In this document: positions 15,001-25,138 of the stretch, in pieces
How positions within the stretch are numbered: position 1 is the first letter of the stretch
How the letters are laid out: each line of letters opens with the position of its first letter
Notes under the pieces: model-generated
Databases searched by the model: none
Told to the model about the DNA's origin: nothing
The model's input: only the letters and a program-made list of their open reading frames with translations
Made by a program: the position numbers and the translations under genes
Assembly: GCA_032718475.1 (NCBI GenBank)
Contig: JAUCBJ010007762.1
Location: forward strand, 7,520 to 71,519
DNA length: 64,000 nt
Reading direction: 5' to 3'
DNA from: Nemertoderma westbladi
Taxonomy: Eukaryota; Animalia; Xenacoelomorpha

Positions 15001-16414
15001 GTGTTTCTACAGAGACCCAAATCCAAGCTATCGATGATACAGTTAACAATTTACTTGTGTTTCTACAGAGTCCCAGATCCAAGCTATCAATGATACACTT
15101 AACAACTTACTTGTGTTTCTACAGAGTCCCAGATCCAAGCTATCGATGATACAGTTAACAACTTACTTGTGTTTCTACAGAGACCCAAATCCAAGCTATC
15201 GATGATACAGTTAACAACTTATTTGTGTTTCTACAGAGTCCCAGATCCAAGCTATCGATGATATAGTTAACAACTTACTTGTGTTTCTTCAGAGTCCCAG
15301 ATCCAAGCTATTGATGATACAGTTATCAACTTACTTGTGTTTCTACAGAGTCCCAGATCCAAGCTATCAATGATACAGTTAACAACTTACTTGTGTTTCT
15401 ACAGAGTCCCAGATCCAAGCTATCAATGATACAGTTAACAACTTACTTGTGTTTCTACAGAGACCCAAATCCAAGCTATCGATGATACAGTACAGAGACC
15501 CAGACCCAAGCTATCGATGATACAGTTAACAACTTACTTGTGTTTCTACAGAGACCCAAATCCAAGCTATCGATGATACAGTACAGAGACCCAGACCCAA
15601 GCTATCGATGATATAGTTAACAACTTAATTGTGTTTCTACATAGACCCAGATCCAAGCTATCGATGATACAGTTAACAACTTACTTGTGTTTCTACAGAG
15701 ACCCAGATCCAAGCTATCGATGATACAGTTAACAACTTACTTGTGTTTCTACAGAAACCCAAATCCAAGCTATCGATGATACAGTTAACAACTTACTTGT
15801 GTTTCTACAGAGTCCCAGATCCAAGCTATCGATGATACAGTTAACAACTTACTTGTGTTTCTACAGAGTCCCAGATCCAAGCTATCGATGATACAGTTAA
15901 CAACTTACTTGTGTTTCTACAGAGACCCAAATCCAAGCTATCGATGATACAGATAACAACTTACTTGTGTTTCTACAGAGACCCAGATCCAAGCTATCGA
16001 TGATACAGTTAACAACTTACTTGTGTTTCTACAGAGTCCCAGATCCAAGCTATCGATGATACAGATAACAACTTACTTGTGTTTCTACAGAGACCCAGAT
16101 CCAAGCTATCGATGATACAGTTAACAACTTACTTGTGTTTCTACAGAGACCCAGATCCAAGCTATCGATGATACAGTTAACAACTTACTTGTGTTTCTAC
16201 AGAGACCCAGATCCAAGCTATCGATGATACAGTTAACAACTTACTTGTGTTTCTACAGAGACCCAGATCCAAGCTATCGATGATACAGTTAACAACTTAC
16301 TTGTGTTTCTACAGAGACCCAGATCCAAGCTATCGATGATACAGTTAACAACTTACTTGTGTTTCTACAGAGTCCCAGATCCAAGCTATCGATGATACAG
16401 ATAACAACAGATAA
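1..16414. repeat. 56-bp satellite DNA array with higher-order repeat structure (continues beyond window start)
   Basis: Tandem monomer GCTATCGATGATACAGTTAACAACTTACTTGTGTTTCTACAGAG(A/T)CCCA(G/A)ATCCAA, highly homogeneous. Also 35-bp deletion monomers and a recurrent 37-bp inverted insert. Confidence 0.98.
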
Positions 16415-17542
16415 CAATACATATGGGACTCCCACAAATCGATACTGCATGGGGGCACCAACCGAACCCTCACAGAGATAAGGAGGACCTTTTGGGTCAA
16501 ACAACTAAGGAGGAGGGTTAAAGCGGTAGTGGGGCAGTGCCAGACCTGCCGACGGGCGAAGAAGGAGCGAGCCATACAGGAGATGGCGCCACTACCGGCG
16601 AGTAGGGTAAGACAGCACGACCCGCCATTTACGCATTGCGGTGTGGACATGTTCGGGCCGATAAAGATCAAGGTGATGCGACACACGGAGAAACGCTACG
16701 GTATTATCTTCGTATGCAACAATACACGGGCGGTAGGGATAGAACTCGCCCAAGATGCAACCGCATCAGCATTCATTAACGCCTTAGAAAGGTTTAGGGA
16801 CCGCAAAGGTGGGACGATCGCAGTGATATACAGCGACAACGGCACCAACTTTGTGGGCGCAGAGAGTGAGATGGCGGAGGCCTTGGACATTTTGGAGGGA
16901 GAGGAAGTCAGGGCGGCCATGAGGAGACGACAAGTGAAGTGGGAAAGAAGGACGCCGTATGCACCACATACATTAGGATGCGTCGAGAGACTAGTGGGCA
17001 GTTCAAAACGTCTAATGACGAAGCTAATGAACACCCACATGGTCACTGAGGACGTCTTACAAACAGTACTTGCGAAGTGCGAGGGGATCATTAATAGCAG
17101 ACCGCTATATCCAGAGAATGATGACCCTGAGTCATTGGACGTGTTAACGCCTAGCCATTTCCTAATGGAAAGGCCAGCGACCATCGATATGCGGGGTGTA
17201 GATCCAGACGACATACACTCCCGCCAAAGTTGGAAAGTAGCTAAAGCAATTAGCGCAGAGTATTGGAGGAGGTGGGTAGAGGAATACCTACCCACACTCC
17301 ATAAGCGAAGCAAGTGGAGGAAGCCGAACAGGGAGTTAAAAGTAGGAGATCTCGTAATCGTTACGGATGATACTATCATCAACAACCAGTGGCGGTTGGC
17401 GAGAGTTGTAGGCACCTACTCCGACGAGGACGGAAGAGTCCGATCGGTAGAAGTGCGGATAGGTGGAAAGATAGGTGCGAAAGACAGAAAAACCTACAGG
17501 AGAGCAGTAGGTAAATGCTGTCTTCTAGAAGGGGCACCTTAA
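16415..17542 (+). CDS. pol: BEL/Pao integrase (C-terminal part of Pol)
   Basis: The frame is open from 16415 (QYIWDSHKSILHGGTNRTL...FWVKQL...CQTC = HHCC zinc finger). Core motifs GVDMFGP, YSDNGTNFVGA and GCVERLV give DDE. Pao C-terminus LTPSHFL, YWRRWVEEYLPTL, WRLARV, RAVGKCCLL. Confidence 0.93.
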   Translation, partial: QYIWDSHKSILHGGTNRTLTEIRRTFWVKQLRRRVKAVVGQCQTCRRAKKERAIQEMAPLPASRVRQHDPPFTHCGVDMFGPIKIKVMRHTEKRYGIIFVCNNTRAVGIELAQDATASAFINALERFRDRKGGTIAVIYSDNGTNFVGAESEMAEALDILEGEEVRAAMRRRQVKWERRTPYAPHTLGCVERLVGSSKRLMTKLMNTHMVTEDVLQTVLAKCEGIINSRPLYPENDDPESLDVLTPSHFLMERPATIDMRGVDPDDIHSRQSWKVAKAISAEYWRRWVEEYLPTLHKRSKWRKPNRELKVGDLVIVTDDTIINNQWRLARVVGTYSDEDGRVRSVEVRIGGKIGAKDRKTYRRAVGKCCLLEGAP

Positions 17543-17650
17543 ATTGGAGTTAGAGTGGAGTTTAGTTGTCCAAGTTTTGGACTGAGGGGGGTGGGATTGA
17601 GGGCGAGACGCCCTTCCCACACAAATAAAAATAAAATAAAATAAAAATAA

Positions 17651-18397
17651 TAGTTAGTTAGTTAGTAGGTACGTAGTACCTAGAGTTAGTTAGTTAGTAG
17701 GTACGTAGTACCTAGAGTTAGTTAGTTAGTAGGTACGTAGTACCTAGAGTTAGTTAGTTAGTAGGTACGTAGTACCTAGAGTTAGTTAGTTAGTTAGAGG
17801 GTACGTAGTACCGTTAGTTAGAGTTAGAGTTAGAGGGTACGTAGTACCGTTAGTTAGAGTTAGAGTTAGAGGGTATGTAGTACCGATAGTTAGAGAGTTA
17901 GAGGGTACGTAGTACCGTTAGTTAGAGTTAGAGTTAGAGGGTACGTAGTACCGATAGTTAGAGAGTTAGAGGGTACGTAGTACCAATAGTTAGTTAGAGT
18001 TAGAGGGTACGTAGTACCGATAGTTAGAGAGTTAGAGGGTACGTAGTACCGTTAGTTAGAGTTACAGTTAGAGGGTACGTAGTACCGATAGTTAGAGAGT
18101 TAGTAGGTACGTAGTACCTAGTTAGAGTTAGAGTTAGAGGGTACGTAGTACCAATAGTTAGTTAGAGTTAGTAGGTACGTAGTACCTAGTTAGAGTTAGA
18201 GTTAGAGGGTACGTAGTACCGATAGTTAGAGAGTTAGTAGGTACGTAGTACCTAGTTAGAGTTAGAGTTAGAGGGTACGTAGTACCAATAGTTAGTTAGA
18301 GTTAGTAGGTACGTAGTACCTAGTTAGAGTTAGAGTTAGTAGGTACGTGGTACCTAGTTAGAGTTAGAGTTAGGGGGTACGTAGTACCATTAGTTAG
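17651..18397. repeat. Minisatellite in element A intergenic region (GTTA/GTTAGA spacers + GGTACGTAGTACC cores)
   Basis: About 22 copies of the GGTAC-GTA-GTACC core separated by (GTTA)n/(GTTAGA)n. Confidence 0.93.
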
Positions 18398-18895
18398 AGA
18401 GAGAGAGTGAGAGGTAAAAGGGGTAAATAGGATATAGATATTAGTTAGCAGTAAGTAGAGTTAGTAGCGAGAGGGGGGCATATGAGTACAGCTGGATAAA
18501 TCGTATGGCCACACGACGCATACTGCTGTACTGCATGGGCCCACAGAGTAGGCCAGAATATGGATCAGAGAATAGAATAAACCCATAGGCAGTAGTAGGT
18601 AGTAGGACACTAGAATCAAAGCAAACAAACAAATAAATAGAATAGGGCTAAAATCGTAAAATAGTGGCAACACAAGGAAAGTCGTTCTAGAACATAATAA
18701 AAGTAACGGACGGAAATTGTAAATTAGGCTGATTTACTAGCTCCGAAATTAATTAGGTTAAATTTAGCTTGAAAGGCGCAACTAAGTAGAAAGTAGGCCA
18801 TTATCGAACCGTACGAAACATCTTAAATACTTCACTCATCTGTATTGCGCCTTGGTAAGGCACCACCCTGCAGGTGAGCGAGTGTAGTGTTCGGA

Positions 18896-21430
18896 ATGGC
18901 GAGTAAGTTGATCAGGAAGAGGAAGGCGGAGTCAGGAGGAAAAGAAATACTGGTGGATTTCACCGAAAGACACCCGGAAGAGAAGACGAGAGGATACTAC
19001 GAGAAGTTGGAAAGGGGTCACGCGGCACGAGCGCTGCAGGATCACTTCCGGGAGGCCCACGAACAGCGGTTGGTCGGGACCTACGGGACCCCGTCACTAG
19101 ACAACGCGATCTTCCAACACTTCCACTACGTGGTGAAAGGGGACGAGGCGAAGTTCGGGATTCCGAAGTATCCGAGGGAATCGCCGAGGAAGGACTGGAA
19201 AAGATTCATAGAGTCCGTCAACAGAGGAGGATATATGATCCTAGATGACGAGGGAACCGTGGAAGACGAAGCGGGTTCGAGACGAGGAACGGCAGGGTCG
19301 GCCAGGACCATACTCCTACATTTGGCCGCGCCAAATGGGGACATCTTCTTATTCGACCTAGGGACGTATGGGAAGAAGGACGGGCCGAAATTAGACCGAT
19401 TGCCGAAAGCGGTACAAGTATTAGTAAGAGAGAAGTCGACGACGAAAGTGGGATCGGCGATTCGCGAGGACGCGGAGAGGATCATCGGTCCGGACGCCAC
19501 CAACCTCCTGGATATGCAGAAAGTCTTTATGGCTATGACGGCACCGGATGGATTGGGGGTAGTCGAAAACACAGGCCAATGCGGGGCTGTGGCGATGGGC
19601 CAATTATTGGGGCTCGTATGCCACAAACCGATGGACTGGGGAAAGTTTAGGGAAGAATACGGGGCAGAACTAGCGAACTCGCTGAAGTGGGGAGCGAGAC
19701 CGGGAAAGCAGGAGGTATATCAGTTTCGCAGAGGAGCGATAAAGGTATATCAGAAGCGATATATCCTGCAGGAGGACTGGATGATGATAAGTTTGCTTAA
19801 CTTATTCATGACCGTAGTTATCGAAAGGGAACCAGGGGCATTTCTGTTATCGGGATCACCCCTAAGCTACAGGAGAGCCTTTAAGACGGCCTTTGACGGT
19901 CTGGTAGACCACCCGGGGCTGAAGGGCGAGTCGGTGTACTACAACAGCCGACATCTGGTAGACGGGGAGACAGATACACCGTATCAGAGATGGGAGCAGC
20001 TAGAGGCGGACAGACGAGAAGCAAAGCGACTGGAAGAAGTCGCTAGACGGGAGAGGATAGAAGCAGAGGAGAGGGAAGAGGAGGCCAGGGCACAGAGTTA
20101 CGGCTTCGAGGAACAGGCGGGCCTAGACGAACTTCATTGGACTTCGTCAGGGAGTTCGGGGGAGTCTCTAGGGCGAGAATTGGGATGGACGGTGGGATCG
20201 CCGAAACAGTCGACGTCGGGGTTGCAAACGATGCCCATACCAGCGGGCGCCGAGGGCGACCAACCGCCAAGGAAGCTAAGGGAGCTAGAGGGATGGAGAG
20301 CTACGGGCGAGAGCCAAGGCGGGAAGGGACATAGTGGATCCGTCGGGATACCGGGATTGGAGACACTACCAGAAGAGGAGGACGACGACGACGAGTTCGG
20401 AGAGATGCCGCCCATCGAGAGGATAGGCCACTCGGACACGGACTGGGTTGGCGGAAGGGTGGTGACGGCCAGTGGGGCGAGGGCCTTCTGGAACAGATCC
20501 GGCAAGCGGACCTGGGTGCACGAGGAGCCGGCGATGGATTTCGCGGGGAGCACCATCAGGTTGGGCGAGCAACCGGGAACGGCACCACGGATAGTATTCG
20601 GGGAGACGATGCCCGAGAGGGGCGGAGAGATCGACGTAAACAGGGAGAGCAACGTAGAGAAGTTCGCCTACCAGCGACTCCATAGACCGCGGAGATCGCT
20701 TGGGACGAAAGACGAGGTGGGACGGGAGACATTGGTACTCGGCTGCGACTACTGTGGGAGACAGACCCATCGGGAAAGCAGCTGCCTATACCGGTTCCAA
20801 AAGGGAACCTTTTGTCTCTACTGCAGAGAACCAAGTCACAGGATGGGGGCGTGTCCACGGTTGCATAACCGATGTCCAAAGTGCCACTTTCGGGGACACT
20901 ACGGGCGCGAGTGCGACTGGATGAGCGACGAGGAAAAGTTCACAAGATTCGAGGAGTGGGCCGACGTCGGGGCCATGACGCGCCAGCGCATGAAGGCCCA
21001 AGAGTTCAAGTGGGGTTTCTTCCTCATAAACCAGGAGACCCACATGGAAATCATAAAGCGAAGGTTACCGTTTACCTATCAAGAGGTAGCAACGGCGGCA
21101 TCGTTCGCCGGAGTTATGAACACGCAACGGTACCTGGACAGGTGGACACCAGAGAACCGGAGGGAGTTTAGGGATTTCTTGGCGGAACACGTACCAAAGG
21201 CAATGAAAATGATCCTATGGGACGCCACACGAGGGAGACAACCAGGCCATTCTGAGGGGCCACCGGCGAAGCGGTATCGGGCATTAATAACACCAGCGCC
21301 CAAGGAGCCAACGACCGGGATCAGCAAGGAAGTGGCGGCGAAGGTCCGGAAGCAGAAAGCGGATGATGCCAGAGGAACGGTGATAACCAAGAAACGGGCC
21401 AGGGAAGAGGACGTGAGGAGGAACAGATAA
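18896..21430 (+). CDS. Retrotransposon accessory protein: DEDDy-type (WRN/EXD/Mut-7-like) 3'-5' exonuclease domain + three CCHC zinc knuckles
   Basis: Intact ~844-aa ORF from ATG 18896. Motifs ILDDEG (ExoI), ILLHLAAPNGDIFLFDL, LPKAVQVLV..KVGSAIREDA (ExoII), NLLDMQ, WGARP..QKRYILQED (ExoIII-like). Knuckles CDYC..H..C, CLYC..H..C, CPKC..H..C. Confidence 0.75.
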   Translation: MASKLIRKRKAESGGKEILVDFTERHPEEKTRGYYEKLERGHAARALQDHFREAHEQRLVGTYGTPSLDNAIFQHFHYVVKGDEAKFGIPKYPRESPRKDWKRFIESVNRGGYMILDDEGTVEDEAGSRRGTAGSARTILLHLAAPNGDIFLFDLGTYGKKDGPKLDRLPKAVQVLVREKSTTKVGSAIREDAERIIGPDATNLLDMQKVFMAMTAPDGLGVVENTGQCGAVAMGQLLGLVCHKPMDWGKFREEYGAELANSLKWGARPGKQEVYQFRRGAIKVYQKRYILQEDWMMISLLNLFMTVVIEREPGAFLLSGSPLSYRRAFKTAFDGLVDHPGLKGESVYYNSRHLVDGETDTPYQRWEQLEADRREAKRLEEVARRERIEAEEREEEARAQSYGFEEQAGLDELHWTSSGSSGESLGRELGWTVGSPKQSTSGLQTMPIPAGAEGDQPPRKLRELEGWRATGESQGGKGHSGSVGIPGLETLPEEEDDDDEFGEMPPIERIGHSDTDWVGGRVVTASGARAFWNRSGKRTWVHEEPAMDFAGSTIRLGEQPGTAPRIVFGETMPERGGEIDVNRESNVEKFAYQRLHRPRRSLGTKDEVGRETLVLGCDYCGRQTHRESSCLYRFQKGTFCLYCREPSHRMGACPRLHNRCPKCHFRGHYGRECDWMSDEEKFTRFEEWADVGAMTRQRMKAQEFKWGFFLINQETHMEIIKRRLPFTYQEVATAASFAGVMNTQRYLDRWTPENRREFRDFLAEHVPKAMKMILWDATRGRQPGHSEGPPAKRYRALITPAPKEPTTGISKEVAAKVRKQKADDARGTVITKKRAREEDVRRNR

Positions 21431-22134
21431 GTTCCCAGATACGAGGGAGTGAGACTGAGACTGGGACGTGGTGCGCCTGGAAGGCGCCGCATGCAACGTA
21501 CGAACCATTAAGTACAAATTTAATTAATGCAAATAATCATATAAGTGCAATTCGTATGTACGTACGTAGTAATTAGCAGTAAAATACACGATCGGAGTAA
21601 GTACTATAGTCATACAACCTTTCTCAACTAGCTAGTGGGACTGGGGGATAACTGACTATGGCACTGTGGACGAGACCCCAGACAATTTCACACCTCTTGA
21701 GTGCGACGGCACGAGAGGGGGGGGGGAGATTCGTCAGAAGGGAAGAGACAGACGAAGTGAGGTTGAGGGACGGAATAATAGTGCGGAGTGCGGAGAGAGT
21801 GCCGATGCAATTCCAGTGTGGGGGGGGGAGAATAAGAGGCTGAGTAAGGGACGAGGAGGTCCGAATGTGAGAGAGTTAGGGTGAGAGTGAAGGTGAGATA
21901 GGGCGAAAATGTTGGGGAAACAAAAGTTGCGTGGGAGGTGAGCGCGATCGGCCCGACATGAGACGCCAGGCACACAGGGTAGCGTCATCATACCCATAGG
22001 GGGCGGCCTGGAAAGCCGACCCCGAGAGAAAAGAATTCCACCCCACACCCGATACTAGATCGGGATCCAGCGGGATTGTAACGCACTTTTTGGTTGATGC
22101 TATCTTCTTACCGGGAAGATAGCATGGGGGGGAG

Positions 22135-22675
22135 TGTTAGCTTATTCAATCCCGCCAACACCCCATAAAGTTATAAGCCGATAAGCAATATTGGGAGCCA
22201 CGAGATTGGGCAATTAACCAACTCGTGCCATCTCAATAAGAGTGGGAAGGAAGCACACAATAGAGGGTCAGGGGCCAAACCCCTAACCCAGAGAGAACAG
22301 GTGGAGTGAACGGGAATACTCCACGGGGCGCCAACAAGGGTATTAACCAATCAGAGGGGGGAAAGGCATCGATTGAGTAGCAGTAAGGCCACCGTGCAAT
22401 ATAACCAATAACCTATTAATCAGTGATTCAGTTATCTCAGTGTAGCAGTGCTAGCGTAGGTTGGTAGTCAATTAGTTTAGTTAGGGGATCACGGGACTTT
22501 AGTTACCGTATCCCGCCTTGTACACATTATATCTATATCTATATCCTATGCCCTATTATTATTATACACCGAACTTCAGAACTCAGTTACTTTATTCCAC
22601 CCTTATACACGGCGGGGACGCGTGGACTAAATTACCACATCGGATAAATCGGGATCCCTCCTGGATCCCGTCACA
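22135..22675 (+). repeat. 3' LTR of element A (~541 bp)
   Basis: Begins TG directly after the PPT and ends CA where the 49-bp repeat resumes. A related LTR start lies at 25176. No 5' LTR is in the window to confirm the end. Confidence 0.72.
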
Positions 22676-22750
22676 TTAACTAGTCTGGGACTTCAAGCCA
22701 CACATGAACAACTAAGCTGAGTGGTTAACTAGTCTGGGACTTCGAGCAGC
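22676..22750. repeat. ~1.5 units of a 49-bp tandem repeat (same family as 56219-56471)
   Basis: TTAACTAGTCTGGGACTTCAAGCCACACATGAACAACTAAGCTGAGTGG matches units at ~56369-56443. Confidence 0.9.
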
Positions 22751-22876
22751 ATCCAATGATGCTCAACATCCAATGACGTCATTGCCTCTACATCTGAAAT
22801 AAAAACAGATTCCGATCACTCATCACCGAGTCTCACAGACACATCTGTTACGCCACCGCCTCTCGCGATAGTCCAA

Positions 22877-23638
22877 ATGGACGATGAATTCCTCCAATCG
22901 ATGCACGAGTGCGCTCGAGCGTTGCTAAGCTACAGAATCAAAGGTGATTGGAGCGAAGTTCGAACGGCAGGGCCGTTAAAGCGTTTCTCGAAGGACGTTG
23001 AGTTGTTATTGGCGATGGACACGAACAGCGAGCAGTACTGGGACTTGTTACGGCGGTACAGCGCCATATACGGGAGGTTCGATAGCAAAAGGAAGCCGGG
23101 TCGGGTCGGCAGCTCAGCAAACACGAGGCAACCATCAACGAGGCCGCCGCCATCCTCTGCCACATCAACCCCATACTCATCGCGAAGAGGGATAGTCTGT
23201 TCCCGTTGGCTAGACAGGTGATCCGTAACGCGGGTTACCAGTACAGCAGCGGTAGATCGAGGGCGCAAGCGCACGCGGATCAAACTGGAAGTTGGGTTGG
23301 ATTCGAGCGAGTACGGAGGCGGAGAGACGACCGAGAGAGTTGAGGAAACCGGGGAGATGTCGAAAGAAGATATAGAGCGACGTCTGGAAGAAATAGGGGA
23401 GAGAATCGCGGAACTCTCCAGCAAACAGATGGAGTTCGAGGCCCAGATGAAAACGGCGAGAATTAACAACGATATCGCGAGTTTATATAAACTGCAATGC
23501 GAAATCGAGAACCTGAAACCGGTGATTGGTAAACTAATGGTTGAACAATCGCGTCTCGAGTTGGATAACATCGACACAGAGGGGAACGATTCCTTGTTGC
23601 ATGTGAAACTAATCTCATCAAACGAACTGGAATTGTAA
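22877..23638 (+). pseudogene. Unknown ORF with C-terminal coiled coil, interrupted by a single in-frame TGA
   Basis: ORFs 22877-23221 and 23297-23638 are in the same frame with only TGA 23219-23221 between them. GC-richer than flanks; AATAAA ~35 nt after the stop. Confidence 0.45.
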
Positions 23639-23986
23639 CAAGTACTTTCTAAATGTATTTTTTTTACCGTGAAATAAAGTGCAGTTTTGCTAAATCAGAA
23701 ATGAACTAATTAATTAGTTATCATTTGGGATGATGAATTAATCATTTCGCCACCGAACTATTTCCATATTAAACTGTATAATCTCATAGATAATATTATA
23801 TGCATGCCCAATCATTTGCACTGAATTACTATATTTGATTGCCAGTATTGTTATTATAAATTTTTTGTTATTATAATTCGCAAACATTATATTACGAAGT
23901 AGGATCATAAAACTATTATTTTGCTTAAACCTCTTCAAAATGTTCAACTTGATTATTTAGAGATATATATATATTTAGATTTTTCA

Positions 23987-24854
23987 ACCCATGTTAATCT
24001 AACGTTGGGTTTATGTTAGACATTCGTTAAAAATGACAGTTAGAATTTAACCATAAACCTACGTTAAAATACATTCGAATTCTGTAAATTTTTAAGGTTA
24101 ATTTTTTACTGTAATTATACGATAAAAATCAACAGAGATCTGACATTTACAAATTTTTTAACGTTGATTTAACGTTAGTTTTTAACGATATGAAACAATA
24201 TCAGTTAATATACAACATTAGTATTAGATTGCATACTAATTTATGCTTTATTGAAAGTGGTTTCCCAAGATTGCTTGATATCGTAAGCTTGATACCGTAG
24301 CTTGATATGCTAGCTTAGTTTTGGACTTAGCCTTAAATGCTTTAAATGGCACAAATTGATCTATACCAGACTTAAATATAGCGTTAAAATTGGACCAGTA
24401 GTCGTTTACAGTATTACAATTACTATACGCATCTTGAAAATTACAAGTATCCATAAACTGTGGAAAACCAGTGTAGTCTGCATTTTTAAAATCGTAAAAA
24501 CCAACATTTACTTGTGATTCAGTTTGACAGGGCGATAAAATACTGAAGCAGACACTGGAGATCACACTCAAGATCTCGAAAATCACTATCAGCCACTATC
24601 TCGAGATCCTTGTACTCATCCTTCTCCGTAATTGAGTATACCGGGACAGCCGCTATTTCCTTCTTTATCAGTAAAACCACGCCACCACCAGTTGTAGTGG
24701 AACGATCTTTCCGATGAACATTAAACTTGTTTCCACCATTTATCATGCGATCCGTAAAACTTCCATTCATCCAGGTTTCAGTTATTCCTACGATGACGAA
24801 TCCTGGTTTCAGTTATTCCTACGACGACTCCAGTTCTACTAACTTATTGTTACC
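23987..24854 (-). mobile_element. Dispersed ~870-bp repeat carrying a degenerate CR1/Jockey-like LINE APE endonuclease fragment (copy 1)
   Basis: Minus-strand VGITETW..RKDRSTTTGGGVVLLIK..YRP..YDFKNADY. Near-identical to 54615-55478. Confidence 0.8.
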
Positions 24855-25138
24855 GAGTGATTCCCCGAACTTATATATTTTATTCTAAGTTTATTAGGAG
24901 GTGGAGGAGGGGGTGGTAACCTAAACGGAATTTTAATTTACTATGAGATCAATGCCCCGTTTATAAGTGAGCATATAATTAATGCTGTGAACCCTCGGTA
25001 ACTTCCTGATGTACAGTTCAGTATAAAACATTAGGAATTAGGATTCCCCTGCTCTAAGAGCCCAAGGGACTGGCATATAACAGTACGGCTACTGGCTCTA
25101 CTGCTGCCTGGTATAAATGGATGGATAAATGGGCCTGG

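Larger units (their letters stand above)
16415..22675 (+). mobile_element. BEL/Pao LTR retrotransposon, 5'-truncated (integrase + accessory ORF + 3' LTR); element A
   Basis: Pao-type integrase, PPT GGGGGGGAG at 22126-22134, then TGTTAG...GTCACA LTR. Downstream sequence resumes in a separate 49-bp repeat. Confidence 0.88.

Noticed and set aside
1-16414. CRISPR-like regular repeats
   Set aside because: No unique spacers and no cas genes; the context is eukaryotic tandem satellite.
17651-18397. True telomeric array
   Set aside because: Not TTAGG/TTAGGG tandem; internal to a retrotransposon.
18896-21430. env gene
   Set aside because: No signal peptide, furin/fusion-peptide arrangement or transmembrane anchor; nucleic-acid-binding motifs instead.
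16696-21517. Multiple antisense and overlapping ORFs in element A
   Set aside because: Shadows of purine-rich, GC-rich coding sequence with no motifs.
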